Source: a virus
Reading direction: 5' to 3' (one strand)
DNA length: 64,000 nucleotides
IMG/VR virus record: IMGVR_UViG_3300036791_000462
Location: 32,001-96,000 of that record
Both the position numbers and the translations under genes were made by a program. Every line of letters begins with the position of its first letter. The first letter of the stretch is position 1. This document shows positions 46,646 to 56,193 of this stretch, one piece after another. The notes under the pieces were generated by a model, which was not told the origin of the DNA, ran no database searches, and was given only the letters and a program-made list of their open reading frames with translations.

Positions 46646-49248
46646 TCCGGTTTGACTCCGTTCATCCAGTCACCGATCTGCCGCACCCAGCCGGGCCACT
46701 CCACCGCTTTGTAGTACGGGCCTGTCACGAGCGATGCCGCCTCCGCGAACGTTTCGGTCGCGTAGCCCCCGGCAATGTTCGAGTACGGCCCGGTGGCGCG
46801 TCGCTGCGCCGCTCCCTCGTAGTCGGGGTTGCCCGCCGCGTACTGGCTGAGCCCCTTCGCGACCGCGCTCCAGTCGATCTCACCGTTGTGCTTTGGCAGC
46901 ATGTCGATGAACTGCTGGCGCTGGGTGTCGCTCAGCGCTTCCCACAGCCCGTGGCCCCACTCGTGGCGCAGCACGCCCGCCGGGTCATTGGTGGACGTGA
47001 ACTGGTCGCCAGGTTTCGATGGCTTCGGGCCGTAACGGTCAGGGAACTCGTCGGCGAGCCGCTGGCCGACAGACATCGCGGGAGCGTTGATCGAGGTGAG
47101 GTTCTGAGGCACGTTGCGGCTGGCGGTCACGAACACGTCCCGGACGCCTCCGGGGGCACGGCCATAGCCCTTTTCGGAGATCAGGATCTGGTTGTCCTCG
47201 ACGGCGGGCCAGCGGTCACGCAACGCCGCGAAGCGCGGCAGCGCATCGTTCGCGGCGTTCGCCGCACGCACCGCTCGGTACGCGCGTTTGCCGTCCTCGC
47301 CAGTGTCGGCTGCGACCGCGCCACGGTAGTTCTTGCGCTGCGACGCGAGCGTCGTCGCTCTGAACTTGTCGGTCAGATCCTGCGCTGAGTTGGTGATCGT
47401 CTCGACGGCGTTCGGGTCGCTCAGGAACGCGCCCTTGCCGATCCGCTCGGGGTACTCCAACAGCTTCGAGTTGACGGTCGCGCGCAGTTCGCCGGTGTCC
47501 CACATCGACACGAACACATCGACCGTGCCCATGTCGAGTTGGTCGTTCGCCTTCGCGTTGGCGAGGAAGTCGGGAAGCTGTGCCAGCCCCGTCTCCAGGT
47601 CGCGCTGTGCCCGGTCGGCGTAGCCACTCGCGGCCATCTGCGCCGCTTCGGCGTAGCTGCCAGCGAGCCTGGTCGGCGTGCGCCTGGTCGGCGGTGGCGA
47701 CGGCGGCGGGTTCAGCAGGTGGCTGATCGCCTGCACGGTCTGCTCGGGCGTCTGCTGCGAGGAGTCAACGATGTGAGTCGCGCCGCTTCTCGCCGCGTCG
47801 ATTCGGGGAGCGTCAAGCTGGTCGCGTTCGGTGATTGCCGCGTGCGCCTGCGGGACGGTCAGCCCGCGCGACTCCGCCCGGCGCTGCGCACGGACGTGCG
47901 GGTCGGCGGTCAGGAAGATCCGGTCGTGCGCGTTCAGCGCGCTGCCAGCGTCGCGGCCGTCGGCAACGAACAGTCCGCCTTCGGCGATGCGCTGGTGGAT
48001 CGCCGAGTCCACAGCGCTGCGAACCTCCGTCTCGCCGCCGAGCGCGGACGCGGCACGGTCCACGTTGGTGTTGCGGATCTGCTGGGAGATGTCACGGCCG
48101 TCAAGCGTGACAGTCGAACCGTCAGCGCGGATCCGTCCGGCGCGGAGCGCTCTGACAGGGTCGATTCCCATCGTCTTCGCGAGCCCTGCCGCGCGGTAGT
48201 GAGCGCCGGTATCGACGTACGTCCCGCCGAGCCGTTGCGCGAGCCTGCGAGCGACGGTGCTTTTGCCGGACGCGGCCGGGCCGTCGATGGCGATCACGTG
48301 CGCGGTGCCGAGCTTGTCGATCCATTCGCCGCCGCGCCCACGCGGGTGCTGTAGCTCCGTCCAGACGCTTTCCTGTATGCCCTGTAGCTGGGCGAGTGCT
48401 CGCGCCACGCTGGGGCGCACCTCCAGCCCGCTGAGCCACTGCTCGACCTCCCCTGGGTCTGCGACCACCCTGATCGCTTCCTCCAGCGCCAGAGCCGCCC
48501 TGGCGTCTCTGGCGGCCTGTGCCGGTTCGGGCACCGTGTCACCCGGCCCGAGCGGTTTCAGCCAGCAGCCGCAGCCGGTGTGGATCGGCGGTGGGATCGC
48601 GTCGAGCACGCCCCACGGCCACGCTTTGCCCGCGAGCGCGAGGCAGCCTCGGGTGTGGTTCTTGCGGTCGCCGAGCATCCACTTCGCACCGAGCGGCGAC
48701 CGTGCTTTGACGAGCGCGTTCTCGACGTGCGCGGTGGCTCTCGCCATCATCGCCTGTTGGCGCAGCTTGGAGTAGTGCTGCTCGCGGCTGATGATCGCGT
48801 TGATCCGCGCCTGCTGTTTGCTGTCGGGAAGCTGCCCTGCAGCGTTCAGGTCGTCCTGGACGCGCGCCAACGCTTTCTGCTGAAACAGCCGCTCGTATTG
48901 CATCTCCCTGGCGACAGCTTCGCGGATCACGGCCGGGTCGGCGTTCGGGTAGCGGCTGCGCAGTTGCTTGGTCAGCCAGTCGGCCGAGTCAGCGTGGTGG
49001 CGGCGGAACAGCGCACGCAGGATGCGCAGCGCGACGGCGATCTTCAGGCCGGTGACCGCAATCCCAACCGGCACCTTCGCGGCAGCGACAGCGGCCTGGG
49101 CTGGCAGCGTGACGGTGACCGCCGGTATCGCCGCCACGCCGACGGCGACCTTAGCGGCCTGCCCTGCAGCAGCGGCTTTCAGGATCTGCTGGACCGACGA
49201 CGACTGCGGCGGCTGTTGGGGTTGCTGCCCCTGGTCGGGAACGGCCAC
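46642..49248 (-). CDS. MuF/SPP1-gp7-like head morphogenesis protein fused to cytidylate kinase and zincin peptidase-like domain
   Basis: Near portal; KW...C..LAG...PPIHTGCGC (MuF); IAIDGPAASGKST, VDTGAHYRA, DGRDAG, IFLTAD...RAQRR (Cmk); HEWGH...SQYA...ETFAE. Confidence 0.82.
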   Translation of the reverse strand: MAVPDQGQQPQQPPQSSSVQQILKAAAAGQAAKVAVGVAAIPAVTVTLPAQAAVAAAKVPVGIAVTGLKIAVALRILRALFRRHHADSADWLTKQLRSRYPNADPAVIREAVAREMQYERLFQQKALARVQDDLNAAGQLPDSKQQARINAIISREQHYSKLRQQAMMARATAHVENALVKARSPLGAKWMLGDRKNHTRGCLALAGKAWPWGVLDAIPPPIHTGCGCWLKPLGPGDTVPEPAQAARDARAALALEEAIRVVADPGEVEQWLSGLEVRPSVARALAQLQGIQESVWTELQHPRGRGGEWIDKLGTAHVIAIDGPAASGKSTVARRLAQRLGGTYVDTGAHYRAAGLAKTMGIDPVRALRAGRIRADGSTVTLDGRDISQQIRNTNVDRAASALGGETEVRSAVDSAIHQRIAEGGLFVADGRDAGSALNAHDRIFLTADPHVRAQRRAESRGLTVPQAHAAITERDQLDAPRIDAARSGATHIVDSSQQTPEQTVQAISHLLNPPPSPPPTRRTPTRLAGSYAEAAQMAASGYADRAQRDLETGLAQLPDFLANAKANDQLDMGTVDVFVSMWDTGELRATVNSKLLEYPERIGKGAFLSDPNAVETITNSAQDLTDKFRATTLASQRKNYRGAVAADTGEDGKRAYRAVRAANAANDALPRFAALRDRWPAVEDNQILISEKGYGRAPGGVRDVFVTASRNVPQNLTSINAPAMSVGQRLADEFPDRYGPKPSKPGDQFTSTNDPAGVLRHEWGHGLWEALSDTQRQQFIDMLPKHNGEIDWSAVAKGLSQYAAGNPDYEGAAQRRATGPYSNIAGGYATETFAEAASLVTGPYYKAVEWPGWVRQIGDWMNGVKPE

Positions 49249-49276
49249 AGCCGAAGCCTACGGGCGAACCGGGTGG

Positions 49277-49777
49277 TTAGCTCAAACCGTTACCGTTGCG
49301 CCGCAGGATCGTGTTCTGCACTTCGCCCTCGGGCGTGCAGGCCCACACGATGATCTCGACCCCAGCGTCACCCAGACGGCGCTCGCTCGTGCGGTACACC
49401 AGCGGCGGGTCGTAGCGGACGTGCTTGGTTCCGCCCTCCGCCATCTCGTTCAGCCGGGGCAGAACACAGTCGCGCGGCTTGCCCATCTGCTTGGCTAGCT
49501 CGGTGCCGGTGAGACGCTTCCCGCTCAGCGCCAGCAACGTCTGCGCACGCGACTTCTCGTAGTCCAGCTTGGGATTGACCGCCGCGTCCTTGGCCGTATC
49601 AGGATCGGTGCGCCGGGCCATTGCGTCACCGGAGAGGTCGGCCTCCTTCGCGCTGAGGACGGCGATGTCGTCCCCGTAGTCGATGCCCTCGGCCTCGTAC
49701 GCCTGCTTCATCTTTGCCAGGAAGACGCGGACCTCCTCGGGGGTCGCATCTTCTGCTGGGCGCGAGACGATCTGCAT
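49277..49777 (-). CDS. Winged-helix DNA-binding protein
   Basis: ARRTDPDTAKDAA; LTGTELAKQMG...PRLNEM. Confidence 0.65.
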   Translation of the reverse strand: MQIVSRPAEDATPEEVRVFLAKMKQAYEAEGIDYGDDIAVLSAKEADLSGDAMARRTDPDTAKDAAVNPKLDYEKSRAQTLLALSGKRLTGTELAKQMGKPRDCVLPRLNEMAEGGTKHVRYDPPLVYRTSERRLGDAGVEIIVWACTPEGEVQNTILRRNGNGLS

Positions 49778-49805
49778 CCCGCCACCCTATCGCGTTAGCG
49801 CACGG

Positions 49806-51899
49806 TCAGTGCTTGCCGTTGCCGTTGGCTGCCGCTTCGGCGAGCATCTGGTCCACGACCTCGCCGATCTCCTCGTCCCAGAAGCGCATGATCTCCTCGA
49901 CACGTTCGGGGCTCAGGCCCTCGTCGGCTGCGGCCTGCTGCATCTGCTGTCCCTGTCCCTGGTTGCCCTGGTACTGAGACGAGAAGCCCTGAGCGCCGTA
50001 CGGGTTCATCTCGCCGTCGGGGCCTTGCCCCGGCACCATCGCCTGCGGCGCGAACGGATTCGGCCCGGACGGAATCAACGGTGGTGCTGGCCCTCCGCCG
50101 CCGCCGGGTTGCGCGTCGGTGGGGGGAGGTCCGGCCATCTGCTGGGCCATCAGCGGATCGACATACCCCTCAGGAAGGATTCGCTCGACGGCGGCGGCCG
50201 GGTCGGCGAGTTCGAGCCCCTGGCCGAGCGCGACAGCGAGCAGCGTCCGGCTTAGCTCAAGGTTGGTGTTGTTCGGATCGAACGTGCGCGCCAGGTTCGC
50301 GATGCTGGTTATCAGGTCGGACATCTGCCGCTTGAGCGGCGAGGGCATCGAGAACTCGTAGCTGAGGTTGCGTTCCGTGTCCTCCTCATCCTCCGTCTGG
50401 CCGTGGTAGGCCTCAGTCAGGCCCTGCGCGCCGTAGACGGCGGTATCCATCGGCTCGGTCATCGAGGACGGCGGCTCTGTCTGTGCGGGTGACGGTGGCG
50501 TCGCGCCCTCCCCGCCGGGCACCTGCTCGCCGGGCTGCTTGGACTTCAGCTTCGCGCGTTCCTCCGGGGTCAGTTGCGTCGGGAGCGTCCCGGCGTCCAC
50601 CGCCTTCTGGATCACCCGGTCTGTGAACGTGCGAAACAGGCCCTCGAACAGTTCCTGGAACGCCTCGACCTTCTTCATCACCGGCAACTCCAGCGACGCA
50701 GCGGTCGCAAGGTTCGCGTTTGACTGGTCGCCGAGATAGTGCTGCGGCCACGTTCCGGCGGAGATCTGGGAGCGGATCATCTGCGCGTCCTGGGACGCTT
50801 GCGCCGCCTGGGTGGAGACGGAGAACGGTTCGGTCGTGACGCCCGCTGATTCGTTCAGCATCGACGCCGGTCGCGGCCCTGGTGTGATCACCCCCGCGTC
50901 CGGCGAGTCAATCGACGTGGCAGCGAGCGTCGAGGTGCGCGACAGTGCCTGCGCGGCGATAGCCGCGACCTGCTGCGGAGAGCCCTTGACAGTTCTCCTC
51001 ATGATGAACGCTGCCGCTGCCTGGGTCATGTCCACCCGTGCGGCCATGAAGTCGTTCAGCGCCGCCATCCACTTGACCATTCGGCGCATCGCGGGGATGC
51101 CGAACACCTGCTCGGTGCCCCGGTTGATCGCGATGTGGTAGACGAGCCCTTCGCCGAGCTTCTCCGGTGGGCACGGCGGATCTTCGGTCAGCAGCAACCC
51201 TGTTTCGGAGTCGGTCGCGGCGAGCGACTGGTAATACTGGACGACGGGCTGACCGCCCTGCTGCAGGCTCGCCGCCGACTTCAGGCTGACGCGGTCCATC
51301 GTGTAGTCCCACTGGTATTCACGTCTGCGGGCGACGTAGTAGAGGACGCGCAGGCGGTTCTGGGAATCGCGGACGGCGTCCTCCACGAGATCGTGGTTGA
51401 GCATCCCGAGCTTGACCTTCCCGTCGTCGCCGTTCTCGAAGAACAGGATGAACAGGTTCGACTGAAGCACCAGGTCGGTGCAGAGCGCCACCTGGGCGGG
51501 GAACGTCGTCAGCGCCGCCATGTTGTCCGGATCCGACCACGCCTCGTCCACGACTTCCTGCACCTTCTCGTCCACGCACTTGGGCTTCGGGACACCGCGA
51601 CCAAAGATGAACTGGCAGGAGATGTCCACGTTCGCCCCGGCGACGGGATCCTGAATCCAGACCATCCGGGCCTGCGCGGCCATCTTCCGGCGCTCGATAG
51701 CCTTGACCTCCTGCGGCTGCCCGCCGATCTGGTCAAGGACGTAGTAGCCGAGCATGTCGAGTTCCTTCTGCATCGCCCGGCGCTCGACATCGCTGGCCTC
51801 AAGCAGTTGCAGGCGGTCCTGGTCAACGACCGTCTTGCCGGTGCGCTGCTCGACGGCCTCCTGGAGCTTGCCGATCAGGCCGCTACTTCCCCGCGCCAT
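49806..51899 (-). CDS. Portal protein
   Basis: 697 aa; DPVAGANVD...FGRGV, PQHYLGDQSNANLATAASLELP; position between terminase and MuF; Pro/Gly/Gln-rich tail. Confidence 0.82.
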   Translation of the reverse strand: MARGSSGLIGKLQEAVEQRTGKTVVDQDRLQLLEASDVERRAMQKELDMLGYYVLDQIGGQPQEVKAIERRKMAAQARMVWIQDPVAGANVDISCQFIFGRGVPKPKCVDEKVQEVVDEAWSDPDNMAALTTFPAQVALCTDLVLQSNLFILFFENGDDGKVKLGMLNHDLVEDAVRDSQNRLRVLYYVARRREYQWDYTMDRVSLKSAASLQQGGQPVVQYYQSLAATDSETGLLLTEDPPCPPEKLGEGLVYHIAINRGTEQVFGIPAMRRMVKWMAALNDFMAARVDMTQAAAAFIMRRTVKGSPQQVAAIAAQALSRTSTLAATSIDSPDAGVITPGPRPASMLNESAGVTTEPFSVSTQAAQASQDAQMIRSQISAGTWPQHYLGDQSNANLATAASLELPVMKKVEAFQELFEGLFRTFTDRVIQKAVDAGTLPTQLTPEERAKLKSKQPGEQVPGGEGATPPSPAQTEPPSSMTEPMDTAVYGAQGLTEAYHGQTEDEEDTERNLSYEFSMPSPLKRQMSDLITSIANLARTFDPNNTNLELSRTLLAVALGQGLELADPAAAVERILPEGYVDPLMAQQMAGPPPTDAQPGGGGGPAPPLIPSGPNPFAPQAMVPGQGPDGEMNPYGAQGFSSQYQGNQGQGQQMQQAAADEGLSPERVEEIMRFWDEEIGEVVDQMLAEAAANGNGKH

Positions 51900-52080
51900 C
51901 TGGGACCACCACCCTCCACCCTTCGAGGCGCGCGCTGGGCACGCACTCGATCTCGCAGTTGAGCGCGTCCTCGATCACGGCCTGGCCGCTTTCTGGTAGA
52001 TCGAGGACGTACACGAGTTGGCGCTCGTTGGTCAGATACAGCCGCTCGGTTAGCGGTCGTGTTCTCGGTCCGTTAGCCAC
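51883..52080 (-). CDS. Small hypothetical protein
   Basis: Overlaps portal start. Confidence 0.5.
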   Translation of the reverse strand: MANGPRTRPLTERLYLTNERQLVYVLDLPESGQAVIEDALNCEIECVPSARLEGWRVVVPDGAGK

Positions 52081-52418
52081 CGGTCGCGCTCCTGGGCCTC
52101 TGCGGCGAGCGCCAGCGCGTCGTTGCGCTCACGATCTTCAGGGTGCCCGGCGGTCAGGTCGCCGTGGCGGTTCAGTAGTGGGCGGACGGTCTTGGAGGCA
52201 ATGTAGGCCTCGCGGTCTTTGCGCCATGTCGGGCAGGTCTGGTAGCCCTCGGCGTTGAAGCAGTACGCCGCTAGCGTCGAGGGGTCGTGGCGGCTGTCGA
52301 TCACGTCTGAGGTGATCCGGCAAGCGCACCCCGTGCCACCTGCTGCCTCAGCCACGAGAGAGCCTGCGGGGCACGGGGGTTCGTTCGGATGGGGAACGAC
52401 GATGCGCTCGTACTCCAT
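52050..52418 (-). CDS. Cys-rich hypothetical protein
   Basis: TAAGGT 6 nt upstream of ATG. Confidence 0.55.
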   Translation of the reverse strand: MEYERIVVPHPNEPPCPAGSLVAEAAGGTGCACRITSDVIDSRHDPSTLAAYCFNAEGYQTCPTWRKDREAYIASKTVRPLLNRHGDLTAGHPEDRERNDALALAAEAQERDRWLTDREHDR

Positions 52419-52850
52419 GCGGCCACCTTACCGCCGCTCAGAGCATCTTCCTCAGAGGAAAATCTCTCCCCGGTCGCGAGCGGCATCGTGTTTCGCCGGG
52501 GAGCCGGTACGGGCCGCGATGCCCGCCCTGCGAGTGTGACGCATTGCCTGCTCGCGGGAATTTGCGCCCGCCTCCAGGTTGCTCCGCTCTCACTGTGCAA
52601 GCTCAGCCTAACACATCACGTGCGATAGCGGTCGAGTGCTTCGGCGGCGATCTCAGCGAACCGCTCCAGCGCGACGCGGTAGTGCTCGCGCTCGACGCTG
52701 AGCCTGAGGATCTCGGCGGCGAGGCGCTTCGCGTCGGTGAGCGCTTCCCCGGAGTCGCAGTAGGCGTCGGTGCCGGGGGGACCGTCGGAGTAGAACTCCA
52801 CCCGCGCGATCACGTCATCGACCGACTCGTCCCTGCGCCCCGGTTCAGAG

Positions 52851-53198
52851 TCAGGCATCCTCCACAGTGTCGCGCCTCAGCTTGGTGATGACCTCATCGA
52901 ATGTTCGGTGCAGACGGTCGTCCCATCCAGGCGGCATCTCCAGTTCCTCGGGTCGCATCGCCTCGCGCATCAGCTTCAGGCGGATCGCGATGCTGTCCCA
53001 GCCGTAGCGCCACAGCCAGCCGACGCACACGACCTCCTTCTCGGCCTGCGACTGGTGGCAGGCGAAGACCGGAGCCCCGAACTGGTCGTCGGTGGTTCGC
53101 ACGAGTTCTTCAGCGAGGTCCAGCGAGAAGTTGGGGATCTCGTCGGCGTGCTGGTCGATGCGCCACGGACACGATGGGCAGGGCTGCCGCTCGCTCAT
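52851..53198 (-). CDS. Cys/His metal-binding protein (DUF6283-like)
   Basis: PCPSCPWR...FACHQS...CVGWL. Confidence 0.65.
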   Translation of the reverse strand: MSERQPCPSCPWRIDQHADEIPNFSLDLAEELVRTTDDQFGAPVFACHQSQAEKEVVCVGWLWRYGWDSIAIRLKLMREAMRPEELEMPPGWDDRLHRTFDEVITKLRRDTVEDA

Positions 53199-53711
53199 TT
53201 CGATTGCCTCGCATGCTGCCAGCAGTAGTCGCTGTCGTTGGCTTGGGTCCGCTCGCACCGAATGCCAGCCTTGGTGGTCGCTTTGCAGCGCACGTCCTGT
53301 GCCAGGTCGTAGGTGCTCCTACCCCACTGGCGCTGGCGTGCCGGGACGACCTTGAGCGGGCCGGGGTTGATGTTGAATCGACCGGCGCTTTGACCCACTG
53401 TCGCGCTCGTTGTCGCCTCGGTCGCCGCCGCGCAGGACGAGCACATCTGCACGCTGATCAGTCCGGGAATCGAACTGGCGATCCGCAGCGACGTGGTGGC
53501 CTCGGCCGTGCAGCAGCCGACGACGGTCGGGTGGTTGACCGAACACAGGCAATGGCAGCCCATCAGCCCGGTGTCCTTACGTGGGTCTTGCCGGTGCGCT
53601 CACGCACGCGGCGGATCTCGCGGTCGCGGATCTTGATCGTCGGGCACCAGCGGTCATCGACCCGCCAACCCCAGCGCGCTTTGCGGACCTGGATCACGCC
53701 ACTCTGGCCCA

Positions 53712-54203
53712 TCAGTGGAACTCCACGAGCCCGTCGTCGGCTGCTAGCTCGAACGCCCGCCGCCAGGTGACGTACTCCTCGTAGTAGCTCCCTGGCGCGT
53801 TGTCGTCGCGCGCCTGCTCGTCATGCTCGGCGAATGCCTGAGCGATTCGTTTGGCCGGACCGGGTCCGATGATCCCCTCGTTGTCGGCGAAGTGGATCAG
53901 TTCGAAGAACGGCTTGTCGGCGTACTCCTCGGGGTTGTTCCAGGCCGTGCTGGCCGGGACGCCGAGCGCCACATGGCTGAGCCAGTCGCGGAAGGCGTTG
54001 TAGCTGCTGTAGCTGCCCGCCGGGAAGTCGAACCGCTGCTCGTAGGAGTAGTACCCCGCCTTGCAGCCGTCGGCGCGGTCGGCGAAGTCGCGGTTGGGGT
54101 AGGCGTACTCGTACCCCTGGTCGAGCATGTCGTCGTAGTTGTAGCCGTCGCCCTCGGCAGTCATGAACCTGGCCTTGCTCAGCGCGGTCACATCCAAACC
54201 CAT
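53712..54203 (-). CDS. Conserved phage hypothetical protein
   Basis: MGLD...GSYSSYNAFR...PFFELIHFADNEG...GLVEFH. Confidence 0.65.
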   Translation of the reverse strand: MGLDVTALSKARFMTAEGDGYNYDDMLDQGYEYAYPNRDFADRADGCKAGYYSYEQRFDFPAGSYSSYNAFRDWLSHVALGVPASTAWNNPEEYADKPFFELIHFADNEGIIGPGPAKRIAQAFAEHDEQARDDNAPGSYYEEYVTWRRAFELAADDGLVEFH

Positions 54204-54434
54204 CAGAGGATCCCCTCTCGTTCTCGTGCGTAGCTGATCAGTGCGTCTCGCGCCTCGGCATACGCGGTGATCCGCCGGTTGATCTCATGGGCGGCTTGTT
54301 CACGGGCGTCCGGCTCGCGCGTGTCCACGCCGAGCTTGCCCTGGAGCCCGTCGATCATCGCTTCGGCGGCGGTCATGTAGGCGGTGGTCAGGCCCAGGAG
54401 CGTCAGCCACTCCTGGACCATCGGGTCGCTCACC

Positions 54435-55148
54435 TCAGGCATCGTCCCGCCTCGCGCACCGCGAACAGGTGATCGCCCCCTCGGTCTTCTCGTACAGGGA
54501 CGAGCGTCGCAGCAGCGCTCCGCACACCAGCCGGGTCGCCCCGTCGATCTGGGCAGCGAGGTGGACGTTCGTCCCCTGTCGTCCGTAGAGCTTGATCCGG
54601 AACGTGTCGGTGGCGGCGTCGAGCGCGGCGCGCTTGGCGGCTTTGCGCTCGCGCTCACGCTGCTCCCACCGTGCCGACTCGGGGTCTTGAAACGCGACGT
54701 GCCCGTAGAAGTTCACGTCGAAGTAGTCCACCTGGACCTCTGAGCCGTCGTGGTTGTAGGCGTTGTGGATCCGTTCCAGGGTCATCTTCGCGACGGCGGC
54801 CTCATCGGTCAGGATGCTGTGCGCGGTCGCTCCCTCACGCGCGTCGCCACGCGCGGCGCACCACATGTTCGGGCAGCCGGTCGCGACGGAGCTTCCGTCT
54901 TCGAACGTGCGGCGGCTGCCGGGGACGATCCCCTCGCACTCGGTCCAGGCGTCGGCGCAGTCCTTGACGCGCACGTTGATCGAGCTTCCCCCGGAGAAGC
55001 TCTCGCTGACGACGCTGTACTTCCAGCGCTCCGGGAGCATCCCGTCCCTGATCGCGCGTTTGATGTCAGCGCGGATCAGCTTCGCGATGTCGGTGGTCGA
55101 GAGCCCTTTCTGCTGCTCGTATTTGTAGCCGTAGCTGCGTTCGTACAT
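54435..55148 (-). CDS. LPD29-like (large polyvalent protein-associated domain) protein
   Basis: DIAKLIRADIK...KYSV...SGGSSINV...YNHDGSEVQVDYFDVNFY; ATG after promoter repeat. Confidence 0.65.
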   Translation of the reverse strand: MYERSYGYKYEQQKGLSTTDIAKLIRADIKRAIRDGMLPERWKYSVVSESFSGGSSINVRVKDCADAWTECEGIVPGSRRTFEDGSSVATGCPNMWCAARGDAREGATAHSILTDEAAVAKMTLERIHNAYNHDGSEVQVDYFDVNFYGHVAFQDPESARWEQRERERKAAKRAALDAATDTFRIKLYGRQGTNVHLAAQIDGATRLVCGALLRRSSLYEKTEGAITCSRCARRDDA

Positions 55149-55154
55149 CAGTGT

Positions 55155-55213
55155 CTCCTCGGTCGTGCGACCTTCTCTGGCCGCACCTACATCATAGCAC
55201 ACGTCGTGCGTCA
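55155..55213 (-). promoter_or_regulatory. Repeated promoter cassette
   Basis: TGACGCACGACGTGTGCTATGAT GTAGGTGCGG..CGCAC GACCGAGGAG. Confidence 0.85.
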
Positions 55214-55338
55214 CTGGGTGGTCACGATCAGCGCCGCGACCACCATCAGGAAAGCGACAGCGAACGCGCAGTACGCGAGTGCGTAGGCCACCGTGTCGGA
55301 GGTCAGGAACCAGTCGATGAAACGGTGGAAGCGTTCCA

Positions 55339-55983
55339 TCAGAATTGCGGCCCTTCCGCGACGGCGTCGTTCGCGGCGTCGTTCGCGGCGTCGCGGCGCT
55401 CCTGGCGCTTCTCCTCCAGGAACTCCTGCCACTCGTCGGCGTCGGTCGGCTCGCCCTTCTCGTCAACCTCGCCCTCGTACTCATCGGCGAACTCCGACTC
55501 GTCGGCGTCGGGGTCGTCCATGCCCTCGATCTCATCGGCCATCGACTCGATCTCGTCGGCGGCGGACTCGCACGCCTCGGCCTTCTCGCGGATCTCCTCG
55601 CTCTGCTGCGTCTCGTGCCCGAAGCCGTCTTCCATGTTGTCGGCCGATTCGGTGTAGCTCTCGCTGGCCTCGCGCACGCCGTTCGCGTACTCGCGGACGA
55701 TCTCGGCCAGGTCGGTCAGGGTCGCTTCGGGCACCTGCGCGAGCGCGTCTTCGGCGGCTTCCTGCGCGGCGTAGATCGTCTGCAGGTGCGGGCTGGTGGT
55801 CTGGTCGGACGGGCGGATCCGGCAGTTGGCGCAGAAGTTCTTGCGCTGGCTGTAGCGGCCGATCCGGTTCGCGAACCACTTATACGGCTGGCCTGGCAGG
55901 ATCTCGGTGCCGCACTTGATGCAGCGGCGGCTGTGGCCGTCCTTGCGCCCCTTGGCGCTCTTGACGTATGTGACTCGGGCCAT
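55339..55983 (-). CDS. Zn-finger + highly acidic coiled-coil protein
   Basis: CIKC...CANC; Glu/Asp-rich helical C-terminal half. Confidence 0.65.
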   Translation of the reverse strand: MARVTYVKSAKGRKDGHSRRCIKCGTEILPGQPYKWFANRIGRYSQRKNFCANCRIRPSDQTTSPHLQTIYAAQEAAEDALAQVPEATLTDLAEIVREYANGVREASESYTESADNMEDGFGHETQQSEEIREKAEACESAADEIESMADEIEGMDDPDADESEFADEYEGEVDEKGEPTDADEWQEFLEEKRQERRDAANDAANDAVAEGPQF

Positions 55984-56193
55984 CGTTCTCCTCTGGTGGT
56001 CAGTCGCCGTCGTTGCCCCTCAGGGCCTCGGACAGCGAACGGGTGAGCATCTCCTCGGCGCGCGCCGCGTCGCCCCGGCGGAGCCAGTAGTCGTGCGACT
56101 CGCGTCCCGCCTGCTCCAGGTAGTCCCAGTAGCTCTCGCCGCCGTAGTTGGTGCGCTGCGCGTCGCGAGCAGCCTGGACCTCGTAGGTTTTCA

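Noticed and set aside
8026-48385. HPRGRGG copies as a DNA-level mobile repeat or DGR template/variable repeat
   Set aside because: Copies differ at synonymous positions, there is no adenine-specific pattern, and no reverse transcriptase is in the window
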